From: Acidilobaceae archaeon
GTDB taxonomy: Archaea; Thermoproteota; Thermoprotei_A; Sulfolobales; Acidilobaceae
Assembly (NCBI GenBank): GCA_038824665.1
Contig: JAWBBK010000001.1
Coordinates: 320,001 to 384,000, forward strand
DNA: 64,000 nucleotides
Direction of reading: 5' to 3'
Below, piece by piece: positions 10,409 through 20,747 of this stretch (positions within the stretch are counted from its first letter, which is position 1; the number at the start of each line of letters is the position of its first letter). A model generated the notes under the pieces. That model did not search any database. It saw only the letters and a list, made by a program, of their open reading frames with translations, and was not told the DNA's origin. A program made the translations under genes and the position numbers.

Positions 10409-11409
10409 AGCCCTCTTCCCACAGCTTCAGCAACTCTTCTCAGCTTCTCTATGAGATCTTTGAACTCTTGGATCGTAAGTTGTTGTTCAGAATCGCTAAG
10501 AGCTTTCTCAGGAGCTAGATGAACCTCTATGAGAAGCATATCAGCTCCTGCGGCTATAGCAGCTAGAGCTAGAGGCGTAACGAGATTACGCTTTCCTGCA
10601 GGATGGCTTGGGTCTACGCACACAGGAAGATGTGAGAGCGACTTTACTACAGGAACGCTACTTATGTCTAGCGTGAAGCGAGTTTCTTTCTCAAACGTCC
10701 TTATACCTCTTTCGCATAGCACAACAGACCCGTTGCCTTGAAGCAAGATGTACTCAGCTCCAAGTAGCCATTCTTCGATCGTGTTACCAAATCCTCTTTT
10801 GAGCAATACAGGCTTCTTCGTTTTACCGACTTCTACCAAAAGCGGGAAGTTCTGTGCGTTTCTAGCTCCGATCTGAATCATGTCGACATATTTACTGACC
10901 AACTCTACATGGCGAACGTCAAGGACTTCGCTCACTACATACATATTCGTAGCGTCCGCTACTTTTCTCAGTATCTTAAGCCCTTCATTGCCGAGACCTT
11001 GGAAAGAGTAGGGACTTGTTCTAGGCTTGAAGGCTCCTGCTCTCAACATAGACACTCCTAGCTTGCGGAGTTCTTCAGCTACTTCGAACATCTGGTCTTC
11101 GTTTTCCACAGAGCAAGGGCCAGCAGCGATCACGATCTTCTTCCCACCTATCTTCACGTTTCCGACTTCTACTATAGTGTCCTCTTTCTTCCATGCTCTG
11201 CTGGCTAGAGGATAGGGTTTACTGACCTTTATCATTGTCTTAACTCGAACGTCTTTCAGGTCTTTCAAAACCTCATCGGGCCACGCGATAGCCAGAGTTT
11301 CTCCATAGAGTTCTGTAGTAATGAAGTGAGCTCCGCGTTCCTTGAGGATCTCGACTACCTGAGAAAGAGAATTCTTATCGTTAGTCACGATCACAATCAC
11401 TGTTCCCAC
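10405..11409 (-). CDS. aroF: DAHP synthase, type I-beta
   Basis: AGPCSVE, KPRTSPYSFQG, IGARN, CERGIRTF and DPSH motifs. Confidence 0.94.
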   Translation of the reverse strand: MGTVIVIVTNDKNSLSQVVEILKERGAHFITTELYGETLAIAWPDEVLKDLKDVRVKTMIKVSKPYPLASRAWKKEDTIVEVGNVKIGGKKIVIAAGPCSVENEDQMFEVAEELRKLGVSMLRAGAFKPRTSPYSFQGLGNEGLKILRKVADATNMYVVSEVLDVRHVELVSKYVDMIQIGARNAQNFPLLVEVGKTKKPVLLKRGFGNTIEEWLLGAEYILLQGNGSVVLCERGIRTFEKETRFTLDISSVPVVKSLSHLPVCVDPSHPAGKRNLVTPLALAAIAAGADMLLIEVHLAPEKALSDSEQQLTIQEFKDLIEKLRRVAEAVGRGL

Positions 11410-12442
11410 CTTCTACGCTTCTCACTACATCAATGAGAGCTCTGAGCGCGATCTCTCGCGCCAATCGAGCGTACTCATTATGTTTTTGTATTTCTAGCAC
11501 TGTATCCATGTTCTTTGCCACTGTTTCAAGACTCTCTCTAAGCCTTCTCATGTTTCGAGTCTCGAATCTCTCTGGAGCTCTCACGTCTAGAATCTCCCAG
11601 AGTTCAGAGAGAACTCTGTTCATAGCCATCAAGAAGATATGAGGAACTACTTGCTGTATTGCCATGGCTTTCTCATGTTCTATTGCTGAACTCACGATTA
11701 CTTCTAGTCCGAGAGATTCCCAAAACACTATGACCTCGGGAAGAACACTATAGCCACTCTCTGAAGGGATCAACACTATCTTTTCTCCATATGGAAGCTC
11801 GACAGAATAAAAGAGAGGATGAGTGGATATATAGCTAAAGCCGTGTTGTAGAGATAGTGCAGTCAGCTTTTCAAAAACTCCGCTTTTAGATGAAGCTATG
11901 TCCATAACTACTCTGCTTTTTAAATGTCCTGAAAAGGTGTCGACATATCCGCTCTCTAAAGCGCTTCTAGAAATAGCTAAAATCACATATTCTGAGTTCT
12001 TTATAGCCTCTACAACTTCTGCGCTCTCACATCCTAAAGTCTTCGCTAAGCTTTCGGCTTTTTCCATTCTACGTCCGCTTATGATTACTCTGTGACCCGC
12101 TTTAGCTAAGAGTCCACCGATGGACTTAGCCATTCTTCCGTAACCGATTAAAGCGACGTTCCTAGGAGGACCGTAGGCGAACCTCTGGACGAACTTAGAG
12201 TATTTGATCAGAAACTCCGCTATGTTTTTAGCTAGGTCTTCAGGAACGCTTTCCCTTCTAGCTCTCTCAGTCCATGAAGCCAAGACCGCACGTTCGCGCT
12301 CTGGGTCTGTCACGTCTAATCCGAGTTTCTTCTTAGCTAGCGCTATCCTTCTAGCCACTTCTAATCTCTTCTTGATCAGCATAATGATCTCCTCATCAAT
12401 TTTGTCGATCTCTGCTCTAAAGTCTTCAAGCTCTTCCAGCAC
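11381..12442 (-). CDS. tyrA: Chorismate mutase / prephenate dehydrogenase fusion
   Basis: N-terminal AroQ domain (RAEIDKID..D.ERE) plus Rossmann IGYGRM, DIASSK and STHPLF motifs. Confidence 0.88.
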   Translation of the reverse strand: MLEELEDFRAEIDKIDEEIIMLIKKRLEVARRIALAKKKLGLDVTDPERERAVLASWTERARRESVPEDLAKNIAEFLIKYSKFVQRFAYGPPRNVALIGYGRMAKSIGGLLAKAGHRVIISGRRMEKAESLAKTLGCESAEVVEAIKNSEYVILAISRSALESGYVDTFSGHLKSRVVMDIASSKSGVFEKLTALSLQHGFSYISTHPLFYSVELPYGEKIVLIPSESGYSVLPEVIVFWESLGLEVIVSSAIEHEKAMAIQQVVPHIFLMAMNRVLSELWEILDVRAPERFETRNMRRLRESLETVAKNMDTVLEIQKHNEYARLAREIALRALIDVVRSVEGGNSDCDRD

Positions 12443-13379
12443 GTTCTCTCACCCTTAGAACTGCGTCGATTATGTTCTTCTTTCCTAAGCCGTAGAACTC
12501 TATGAGGTCTTCAGGAGACTTCGCTGACCTTCCGAACTGTCTGGTGCCTAACATCTCCATCGGTACTGGATACTTTCTGACTAACACTTCAGCTACAGCC
12601 GATCCTAGTCCTCCGTATAGACTATGTTCTTCTACTGTCACTACTGCTCCCACCTTCTGAGCTACTTTCAACAACAAGTCCTCATCGAGAGGCTTCACAG
12701 TATGCATGTTGATAACCGCTACGCTAAGACCCATTTCTCGTTTCAGCTCTTCTGAAGCCTTAAGAGCGCTCCACAATATCGTTCCAGCACCTATCACTGC
12801 AACATCATATCCTTCAGTCAACACTTCAGCTCTACCGACAGTGAAGTCTTCATCACGATCACAAGTTATGGGAGGAGAGTAGTCTCGACCGACTCTATAG
12901 TACCCTGGTCCCTTAAGGCTTACCACCTTGTGAAGACTTTTTGAGACCTGACAAGCGTCTGCTGGAACCACTACTGTCATGTTAGGCAGAACTCTCATTA
13001 AAGCTAGGTCTTCAAGAGCTTGATGACTCGAACCGTCTGCGCTGTTACTAAACCCCGCGTGAGTGCCGACGAGCTTGACGTTGAGATTCATGCGCACCAC
13101 GGTGTTTCTTATCTGTTCCCATGCTCTCATCAAGAACACAGCAAAGGCAACTACGATAGGCTTCATGCCTAGAGCGGCTAGACCGGCAGCGAACGTTACA
13201 GCATGTTGTTCAGCTATGCCTACGTTGAAGTACCTTTCAGGATATCTTTCGAAAAACCTGATCGCTCTCGTGGCTTCTCCAACGTCGGCAGTCACTACTA
13301 CAACGTCTTCGTCTGTTTCTCCTAGGTCCGCTAACGCTCTTCCTAAGGCTTCACGCATAGAGTAGAGCCTCTCTGACAA
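12426..13379 (-). CDS. Transketolase C-terminal subunit
   Basis: NVGIAEQ, DGSSHQALED and EEHSLYGGLG motifs. Confidence 0.93.
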   Translation of the reverse strand: MSERLYSMREALGRALADLGETDEDVVVVTADVGEATRAIRFFERYPERYFNVGIAEQHAVTFAAGLAALGMKPIVVAFAVFLMRAWEQIRNTVVRMNLNVKLVGTHAGFSNSADGSSHQALEDLALMRVLPNMTVVVPADACQVSKSLHKVVSLKGPGYYRVGRDYSPPITCDRDEDFTVGRAEVLTEGYDVAVIGAGTILWSALKASEELKREMGLSVAVINMHTVKPLDEDLLLKVAQKVGAVVTVEEHSLYGGLGSAVAEVLVRKYPVPMEMLGTRQFGRSAKSPEDLIEFYGLGKKNIIDAVLRVRERAGRA

Positions 13380-14160
13380 CGTCTACACCCGGTCTCTGAA
13401 CGCTTTTACCCTCAAGAGCTGGAACTCCCTTCATGCGAGTAGTCAGAGCGAAGATCACTGTAGGAGAGTCTGAGTGAAGAGCTCTACTAAGAGCTCTATC
13501 TATGCTCTTTATATCATGTCCATCGCAAACCAATACGTTCCACCCTATGGACTGCCAGACCAAAGGCATATAGTGTTTGGGTTTGACCTTGTCGATAGGA
13601 CCGTCAAGCTGATTGTTGTTGTAATCTACTATGACAACTAGATTGTTTAGCTTTCTGTACGCAGCGTGCGTAATGGCTTCCCAGACTTCTCCCTCGTCTT
13701 GCTCTCCGTCACCCATGATGACATAGACTCTACCTTTACCTTTTCTCATCTTTATAGCTGTAGCTAAGCCGACAGCGAAGCTTAGTCCTTGAGCAAGACT
13801 TCCCGTTGAGGCATCTACGCCAGGTATGCTGATTTCTGGATGTCCTTGAAGTATGCCATTTATTTTGTGCATCTTGTAGAGCTCTTCTTCAGGGATCACT
13901 CCAAGCTCAGCTAACGCTATATAGAGAGTCGGAGCAGCATGACCTTTGCTGAGAACGAACCTATCGCGGTCAATAGCGCTTCCGTCTCTTTTCACATACT
14001 TGAACATAACGACCGTCAATATCTCAACAACGCTTAGAGACGAGCCTAAATGTATAGCCTGATCTATTAAGTAGAGTTCTAAAAGCTTCCTTCTTATCCT
14101 TCTTGCTATTAGCTCAAGAAAACCAACATCTAGAGACGGACTACTCGATATTGGCGGAAT
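13351..14160 (-). CDS. Transketolase N-terminal (TPP-binding) subunit; start uncertain
   Basis: HLGSSLS upstream of the track start; DRFVLSKGH, GSLAQG and GDGEQDEG motifs; no canonical in-frame start upstream of HLGSSLS. Confidence 0.92.
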   Translation of the reverse strand: MPPISSSPSLDVGFLELIARRIRRKLLELYLIDQAIHLGSSLSVVEILTVVMFKYVKRDGSAIDRDRFVLSKGHAAPTLYIALAELGVIPEEELYKMHKINGILQGHPEISIPGVDASTGSLAQGLSFAVGLATAIKMRKGKGRVYVIMGDGEQDEGEVWEAITHAAYRKLNNLVVIVDYNNNQLDGPIDKVKPKHYMPLVWQSIGWNVLVCDGHDIKSIDRALSRALHSDSPTVIFALTTRMKGVPALEGKSVQRPGVDVVREALLYA

Positions 14161-14202
14161 TCCATCCCTTCGAACCCTCTATAGTGGGTAGCTTCGTCTG
14201 AG

Positions 14203-14220
14203 CTTTAAATATTTTTCTCT
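14203..14220 (-). promoter_or_regulatory. BRE/TATA of the tkt-aro operon
   Basis: AGAGAAAAATATTTAAAG about 45 nt upstream of the tkt N-subunit start. Confidence 0.6.
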
Positions 14221-14322
14221 GTTTTTAGGAGGACAGAGAATCCGGAAAGCGGACTCACAAAAAGCTAGAGGCAGACTGGTGGGTTTCTGAGACCTCTGAG
14301 CCTTCCTAAAGACGGGAGGTCT

Positions 14323-15738
14323 CTACTCCTGGAATTCTATTCCTTCTCTCTTCAGTATACTCCTTGCAGCTATGATTCCTGTAGCTGCAGCTACGTTCAT
14401 TCCTCTAGACAGCCCAGTTCCATCTCCAGCAGCGAACAAGTTCTCCAAGCTGGTCTCAAGCTCTCGCGTAGTTCTCGCTTTAACGCTGTAAAACTTTATC
14501 TCAGGCGCATAGAGAAGCGTTTGTGGCGACGCGAGACCTGGCATTATCTCATCGAGTCTCTCTATAGCTTCTATTATGTTAGCGACGACTCTGTAGGGAT
14601 AGCCCATAGCTATATCTCCTGGAGTAACCGATTTTAGCGTAGGCTCTACAACGCTTCTTTCTATTCTCGACCAGGTGCTCCTCCTACCGGCTACTAGGTC
14701 TCCAAACCTCTGGACTATAGGCTTTCCTCCTCCTAGCTTCGTCATGAGTCTAGATATGCTTTTGCCGTAGGCTACAGTGTCCTCTAAGGGGTCTGTGAGC
14801 TTTACTGTGACCAATAGTGCAAAGTTCGTGTTTCTAGACTTCAAGCTCAAAAACCCTTCTCCATTAACGCCTACAGTATTGTCAGGATATCGCTCTTCAA
14901 CCACGAAGCCATTGGGATTAGTACAGAAGGTTCTGACCTTATCGTCATAAGATGTAGTGTAGAGCACTATCTTAGGGTCTCTGAAGATCTTGGTTATAGG
15001 CTCCATCACGTAAGCTGGAACCTCTACTCTTACCCCTATGTCCAGCGGTCCTGGCTCTATGGCTATTCCTCGTTTTTTCGCGAGCTCTGAAAACCACTCT
15101 GCGCCTACGCGACCTGGAGCTAAGATCAAGTACTTGACGCTTATCTCACCTTTATTTGTCTTGATCACATATGAGCCATTGTGCTTTTCTACGTCGATAG
15201 CTTGTGTATAGTCGAACAATTGAACTCCTCGACCTTTTATGAAGTCCAACATATTGGCAATCACTTTGGGCATTAGGTCTGACCCTATATGTCTCTGGGG
15301 CGTTGGAATAAACTTGGCTCCAGCTTTGGCAGCAAGCCTTTCGAGTTCTACAGACGCTTCTAACGAGGGAGCCACTATATTGTTTGGAGCTCCAAAAGAT
15401 ACAAGAACTTCATCAACATACCTTATCAGCTTCTCTGCTTCCTCCCAACTTCCCAAGAGCTTATCTAAGTCTCCACCGACATCTGGTCTTAGGTTCAAGG
15501 CTCCGCTACTCAGAGTCGCAGCTCCTCCTATTCCTGACATTATGTTACACGGTCTACAGTTAGCACAATCTCTATCTCTAGACAGCTTTTTGAGGTTGAA
15601 CATAGGACATACTCTTAAAGGATTACCGCTGCCCATTTCGATTATAACAGTCTTCAGCTTCTTTTCGGACCACCTCGCTATCTCATAGGCTGCAAAAAGA
15701 CCAGCTATTCCTCCTCCGATTATAGCTACGTCGTACAT
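14323..15738 (-). CDS. FAD-dependent oxidoreductase (COG2509-like)
   Basis: GGGIAG Rossmann motif; C..C.PC Cys cluster; DIGVRVE, VRTFCTNP and AGDG motifs. Confidence 0.85.
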   Translation of the reverse strand: MYDVAIIGGGIAGLFAAYEIARWSEKKLKTVIIEMGSGNPLRVCPMFNLKKLSRDRDCANCRPCNIMSGIGGAATLSSGALNLRPDVGGDLDKLLGSWEEAEKLIRYVDEVLVSFGAPNNIVAPSLEASVELERLAAKAGAKFIPTPQRHIGSDLMPKVIANMLDFIKGRGVQLFDYTQAIDVEKHNGSYVIKTNKGEISVKYLILAPGRVGAEWFSELAKKRGIAIEPGPLDIGVRVEVPAYVMEPITKIFRDPKIVLYTTSYDDKVRTFCTNPNGFVVEERYPDNTVGVNGEGFLSLKSRNTNFALLVTVKLTDPLEDTVAYGKSISRLMTKLGGGKPIVQRFGDLVAGRRSTWSRIERSVVEPTLKSVTPGDIAMGYPYRVVANIIEAIERLDEIMPGLASPQTLLYAPEIKFYSVKARTTRELETSLENLFAAGDGTGLSRGMNVAAATGIIAARSILKREGIEFQE

Positions 15739-15743
15739 TTATC

Positions 15744-16763
15744 TCACCCAGTAAATCCAAACTCTCTCCTTCTATCTACAATGCACTCAGCGTCCTCGCT
15801 CGTCCCTATGAGGGTTATAGGGACTTTAAGGAAGTCCTCTAAGCTCTCTATCCAAACTCTAACTTCAGGAGGTAGTCGCTCCCAGCTCTTAACGCATTTA
15901 GCGTTAGGGAAGAGCACATCTACTTTCGTCAAAGCGATCTGCGTAGGTGAGTTCAACATAACAGCTCTCCACGCTAGCTTCATATTGAAGAAAGCAGCTC
16001 TTCTTCTCCGTCCAGTCACAGAGCCGTATTCGACGAGACCTAATCTCTCGGCCTCTTCTGGAGATAGCTCTCCCTCAAGAGGTCCTCCTCCTACTCTGGT
16101 AACGTAGGACTTGAAGACCAATATTATATCAGTCACTCTTTTAGGACCTACACCTATTTCTGATAAAACTGCAGCTGCTGTAGTGTCTCTGCTCGTCACA
16201 TAGGGATAGGTCCCATGGTATAGACTGAGAAAAGTTCCTTGAGCCCCCTCTACTAGCACCAGGTCTCCGCGGTCCAAAGCCTCGTTTACAAGTAACGGTA
16301 CGTCACTGAGATATGGAGAGAGTTCGGAAAAGTCTTTAGCGAGCTTTAATCTTCTTAACACTCTGTCTGACATGGCATAACCTACTCCCTGTAGAGTAGA
16401 TCCTATAGTTCCTGAAAGCTCAGCATCTCGTTTCTCAAGTTCTACATGTCTTTCCTCTATGATTCCCGTGTTCATATCGATAGTTATCCTGTCCGCTACT
16501 CCTGTCTCGTTGACTTCTTTATAAAACACATCAAGTCTGATGAGAGCACCTGGGGCTACAGCAAGCTTTGTTTGCTTGTTTATAAAGCTTGAAGGCACTA
16601 CTCTGAGCTTCCACGATCTCTCTTTGTAGACTACAGTATGACCAGCATTAACAGCTCCAGTTCTCACTGCTATAGCTGGGTTGTCCTTTAGCCCTAGGTA
16701 TGCAGCTATCTTACCTTTGCCTTCGTCTCCGAAAAACCCACCTACCACTACAGTTAGAGGCAT
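15744..16763 (-). CDS. purA: Adenylosuccinate synthetase (short archaeal form)
   Basis: GDEGKGK, NAGHT, EGAQG, YPYVTS and TGRRRR motifs. Confidence 0.97.
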   Translation of the reverse strand: MPLTVVVGGFFGDEGKGKIAAYLGLKDNPAIAVRTGAVNAGHTVVYKERSWKLRVVPSSFINKQTKLAVAPGALIRLDVFYKEVNETGVADRITIDMNTGIIEERHVELEKRDAELSGTIGSTLQGVGYAMSDRVLRRLKLAKDFSELSPYLSDVPLLVNEALDRGDLVLVEGAQGTFLSLYHGTYPYVTSRDTTAAAVLSEIGVGPKRVTDIILVFKSYVTRVGGGPLEGELSPEEAERLGLVEYGSVTGRRRRAAFFNMKLAWRAVMLNSPTQIALTKVDVLFPNAKCVKSWERLPPEVRVWIESLEDFLKVPITLIGTSEDAECIVDRRREFGFTG

Positions 16764-17135
16764 ATGACAACACCTCTAGGACGAAGGTCAGAACTTTCCG
16801 ACGTTCTGGTACACACAATGCCAAGAGGATTCCTTGAGTTTGAATAGAGGTGTTCTAGAGCTAATATTTGCTTAGCGCATATCATTTTGGAAAGTACATG
16901 GTCTACGACTTTTCAGCTTAATACCCCTCGTATTATTTTTAACCTATTATTTAGAACGTTTATAGCGTTCTTATAGAACCCAATGGGCTTCCCTCCATAG
17001 TGTATAGTAGTCGACCCATGAGTCGATAGCTTTGCGAGATATGTGAGATGATACAAATTTTATCAAATTTTCGACAAAAGTCTAGACATTTTTAGACTAG
17101 ATTTTTTAGGAGAGTGAACCACGTTTTCGTTTTGT

Positions 17136-17540
17136 TTGGAGACGCCTGTGGAAGGCTGGCTAGAAGGGCTGGCGCTACGCGATCTTTCTGCTCTCATATT
17201 GGCCCCTCTTACACTTACTTCGCTCTTAGGTATAGCTTTGTTTACGCTTTACTTGTTGCTTGGAGGAAGCAGAGCGCCAGCAAGTCTCAGAGAAAGATAT
17301 GAGTCTGGAAACCTGCCTACAGGATCGGCTAGAGAGCCCATAAAGATGCAATACATAGCCTACTTAGTTCTCTTCGCAACCCTAGAACCGATTTTGATAC
17401 TCTTTGGCTTTGTAGCTCTTGCTGGACTCGTTAAAGAGTTCGCTTTCTTGATGTTCTTTCTGCTGGCACTCTCGGTAATGGTATCGGTTTATGGAGCTAT
17501 AGAGGCCAAAAGAACTTCTAGAGGTGAGATTATCAAGTGA
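17136..17540 (+). CDS. nuoA: Complex I-like subunit A
   Basis: Three TM segments, RYESGN.P motif, first gene of the operon. Confidence 0.88.
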   Translation: METPVEGWLEGLALRDLSALILAPLTLTSLLGIALFTLYLLLGGSRAPASLRERYESGNLPTGSAREPIKMQYIAYLVLFATLEPILILFGFVALAGLVKEFAFLMFFLLALSVMVSVYGAIEAKRTSRGEIIK

Positions 17541-18091
17541 TATATGTAGGAACTCTCGATAAGACCTATCGCAATGCTCTGCGACTTCTTTTAGGACGTC
17601 TGAAATTAGGAAGACTCGTTGACTGGGCTACAGCGTTCAGCCTCTGGCCAGTTCACTTAGTTACAGGCTGTTGTGGCGCGGAGTTTGCCGCAGCCTATAG
17701 TCCTCTTCTAGACTGTGAGCAGTATGGGTCTCTACCTTGGGTTTCTCCTAGACAGACTAACCTGATAGTCATAGAGGGTACAGTAACTAGGAAGATGGCA
17801 TGCGCGCTCAAGATCACCTATGATCAGATGCCTCCACCGAAGTTCGTGATAGCTTTGGGAGCATGTGCTCTCGACGAAGGAGTCTTTAGAGGAAGCTATA
17901 ATATGGTAAAGCCTTGGGAAGTAGTTCCAGTAGATCTCTTCGTTCCAGGATGTCCTCCTACTCCTGAGGCTCTTGCCAGAGCTATCGTAGAGCTTCAGCG
18001 AAAGGTTGTGAAGCAGGAGGTGGCTCAGCAACGAGTAGCAAACACAACAACCAGCTTAGAAGCGGACTATTGTAGATGGTGGACTCCATGA
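17537..18091 (+). CDS. nuoB: Complex I-like subunit B (N2 cluster)
   Basis: GCCGAE, SPRQ, LGACA and VPGCPP motifs. Confidence 0.96.
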   Translation: MIYVGTLDKTYRNALRLLLGRLKLGRLVDWATAFSLWPVHLVTGCCGAEFAAAYSPLLDCEQYGSLPWVSPRQTNLIVIEGTVTRKMACALKITYDQMPPPKFVIALGACALDEGVFRGSYNMVKPWEVVPVDLFVPGCPPTPEALARAIVELQRKVVKQEVAQQRVANTTTSLEADYCRWWTP

Positions 18092-18531
18092 ATGAGTTCT
18101 TGGAGTTATTGAAAAGAGAGCTGAGCTTAGAAGGCATAGAGTTGACTCAACATAAGGGATTCGTTGAGATCAAAATTAACCGCGAGCGCTTGTCGGACAT
18201 AGCCAGAAGGCTCAAGGAGCTAGGTCTTGATCATGTTAAGGCGGTCGTAGCTGTAGACGAGATGGAACAAGAGAAGATAAGAGTCTCCTATATCGTCTCA
18301 AGCTTTGAGAAAAGCCATGCCTTGGTGGCGTTAACGACTGAAGTCTCTAGAGATAGCCCGCGTCTCGAAAGCCTTTCTCTTATCTGGCCTAGCGCAGAGC
18401 TACAAGAAAGAGAGGTCTATGAACTCTTTGGCATAGTCTTTGAAGGTCATAGAGACCTCAGACCGCTTCTGCTCGACCCTGAGCTGGCCAACAGGAAAGT
18501 GATGAGGAGGGATTTCAAGATTGAGATTTAG
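18076..18531 (+). CDS. nuoC: Complex I-like subunit C
   Basis: EREVYELFGIVFEGH motif. Confidence 0.94.
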   Translation: MVDSMNEFLELLKRELSLEGIELTQHKGFVEIKINRERLSDIARRLKELGLDHVKAVVAVDEMEQEKIRVSYIVSSFEKSHALVALTTEVSRDSPRLESLSLIWPSAELQEREVYELFGIVFEGHRDLRPLLLDPELANRKVMRRDFKIEI

Positions 18532-19738
18532 CTCTTTCGGTCTGAACCTGCTAGAGGCTAGGAGGGTTGAGAAAGACACGTACTACATATACATAGGTCC
18601 TCAGCATCCCGGTTCTGGTCATATGAGACTCAAGGTCAGACTTGACGGGGATGTGATTGTTAGCGTAGATCCAGATGTAGGATATGTTCACAGAGGTGTT
18701 GAAAAGCTAGCTGAAACAAGAGAGTGGATAAAAAACATACCGCTGTTCGAGAGAGTCAATATAATAGATGCTTGTAACGTAACGCTCCCTTACGTCAGAG
18801 CCATAGAGGCTTTGGCAGGTCTAGCTCCTACGTACAAGGCTAGCGTCCTCAGAACTGCTCTTTGTGAGATAAATAGAATATCGTCTCATCTTTACGGCAT
18901 AGGCATTTTGGGAGTGTTCATCGGACATTCTACTACGTATATGTGGTGCTTCGCTGACAGAGAGGTTTTCGTAAAGCTGGCAGAGGAGTTGACAGGGTCT
19001 AGACTCACTCACACTTACAACATCCCTGGAGGGGTCAGAAGAGATGCCCCTGCAGACTTTCCAGAACTTCTCAGAAAGGTCTCGAAATACATGAGAAGGA
19101 GACTTGACGACTACAAGAAGTTCATCTTGAACAATCCTGTCGTGAGAAATAGAATGGAGGGAGTAGGAGTCATATCTAAAAGCAAGGCAGTAGAGCTAGG
19201 CATTACAGGTCCCAATCTAAGAGGAAGTGGCGTAGCATACGATGTGAGGCTAGCTGAGCCTTACGAGGTCTATGCAGAACTCTCTTTTGAGATACCGGTA
19301 GCTATCGAGGGCGATGCTCTAGCCAGAACTTATGTGAGGCTAGCTGAGATAGAGCAGAGTCTGTACATACTGGAACAGCTTGCATCAATCCTAGAGAAGC
19401 TTAGAAACGAGTCTGTGCTTTCCAAAGATGTTCTTGCAAGGCTTCCCAAAAGCTATAGAGAGGCCTATGAGCAAAGAGGGATAGTAAAGCTCCTTCCGAC
19501 CACTATATCAATGAAAGTGCCTTCGGGTAGAGCTGTTTCTAGAGGTGAATCAGGTAGAGGGGAGATCTTCTATTACGTTGAAAGCAAAGGAGGAGAAAAG
19601 CCTTATAGGGTAAGATTGGTCACTCCTTCTTTCAGAAACCTAATTGCATTCAAATATGTGGTTCCTGGACACAGATTGATGGATTTGCCAACGATCTACG
19701 GCAGCCTCGATTACTTCCCTCCAGAGGCCGACAGATGA
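18521..19738 (+). CDS. nuoD: Complex I-like subunit D
   Basis: GPQHP, GYVHRGVEKL and C-terminal EADR; no NiFe CxxC motifs. Confidence 0.95.
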   Translation: MRFSSFGLNLLEARRVEKDTYYIYIGPQHPGSGHMRLKVRLDGDVIVSVDPDVGYVHRGVEKLAETREWIKNIPLFERVNIIDACNVTLPYVRAIEALAGLAPTYKASVLRTALCEINRISSHLYGIGILGVFIGHSTTYMWCFADREVFVKLAEELTGSRLTHTYNIPGGVRRDAPADFPELLRKVSKYMRRRLDDYKKFILNNPVVRNRMEGVGVISKSKAVELGITGPNLRGSGVAYDVRLAEPYEVYAELSFEIPVAIEGDALARTYVRLAEIEQSLYILEQLASILEKLRNESVLSKDVLARLPKSYREAYEQRGIVKLLPTTISMKVPSGRAVSRGESGRGEIFYYVESKGGEKPYRVRLVTPSFRNLIAFKYVVPGHRLMDLPTIYGSLDYFPPEADR

Positions 19739-20745
19739 TGTACGAGTTAGTAGGCGTTTTCTGGAACGTCATTGTTGTCGGACTGACAGGATCTGCTGTG
19801 CTTTCAGCTCTAACCATATGGTTTGAGAGGAAGGCTACAGCTAGAGTTCAAAGAAGAGTAGGTCCTCTATGGATCAGCAGACCTATCGGAGGACTCCTTC
19901 AGCCACTTGCAGACCTGGTCAGGATAGCTTTTCAAACTCCGGTGATCCCTCGCGAAGCTCACGTTGCAGTCTTCGTCTTACTTCCTATTCTGAGCTTCGT
20001 AACCTCTATCTTCCCGCTCTTCGTCTTACCTATGACTAGCGTTGAGGTCTATGCTCCTCTGAGTTCTACCGATTTCACTCTTCTTCTAGCCGTAGCTATA
20101 ATGGTACTGTCGTCTCTAACAATAATCGCAATGGGGTGGGCTAGCGGAAACAAATTTGCCATGATCGGCAGTCTAAGAGAATCTTATATTTTGATCACTT
20201 ATGAGGTTTTGATATTAGCATCAGTGATCACAGCGATCGCTCTGGTCGGCTCTTTCGACGCTATAGAAGTGGTTGAGTTCCAAAAACGTTATCTCTGGCT
20301 AGTGCTCCTCAACCCTCTAGGGTTTTTAATTCTCCTCTTGGCCATTATGCTGGCCTCCTCAACTTTCCCCTTTGAGATTGCAGAGTCTGAGTCCGAAGTG
20401 GTGGCAGGTCCTTACACAGAGTTCAGCGGATTACTCTACGTGTTCTCTATGGCTAGCGTATACGTTAAGCGCTATACATACTCGATCATAACATCGATAG
20501 TTTATCTTGGAGGGTGGACACCTCTTGAGCCTCAAGAAGGGCTTTTATCGGGCTTGGTAATGCCAACACTTGTAGTAATTGCTAAAGCTGTCCCCATAAT
20601 GTTTTTGATGAGCTTCATGAGATCAGTTTATGGAAGGTTAAGACTAGATCAAGCTTTAGACTTGGCTTGGCGTGTTCTTGTCCCTCTAGCTCTGGTAGCG
20701 ATAGCTTGGTCGATCTTTCTGCGCTTTATTCTAAGAGGTGTATAG
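19735..20745 (+). CDS. nuoH: Complex I-like subunit H
   Basis: ERK..ARVQRRVGP, PFEIAESESE..AG..TEFSG and RLRLDQ motifs. Confidence 0.96.
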   Translation: MMYELVGVFWNVIVVGLTGSAVLSALTIWFERKATARVQRRVGPLWISRPIGGLLQPLADLVRIAFQTPVIPREAHVAVFVLLPILSFVTSIFPLFVLPMTSVEVYAPLSSTDFTLLLAVAIMVLSSLTIIAMGWASGNKFAMIGSLRESYILITYEVLILASVITAIALVGSFDAIEVVEFQKRYLWLVLLNPLGFLILLLAIMLASSTFPFEIAESESEVVAGPYTEFSGLLYVFSMASVYVKRYTYSIITSIVYLGGWTPLEPQEGLLSGLVMPTLVVIAKAVPIMFLMSFMRSVYGRLRLDQALDLAWRVLVPLALVAIAWSIFLRFILRGV

Positions 20746-20747
20746 CT

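Noticed and set aside
14222-14325. SECIS element
   Set aside because: No in-frame UGA at a Cys position in neighbouring genes and no clear archaeal SECIS motif
16750-16885. About 45-codon minus-strand ORF upstream of purA
   Set aside because: No SD or motif; spans the probable purA promoter
18521-19738. Group 4 NiFe hydrogenase large subunit
   Set aside because: Lacks both CxxC motifs; has NuoD quinone-site motifs
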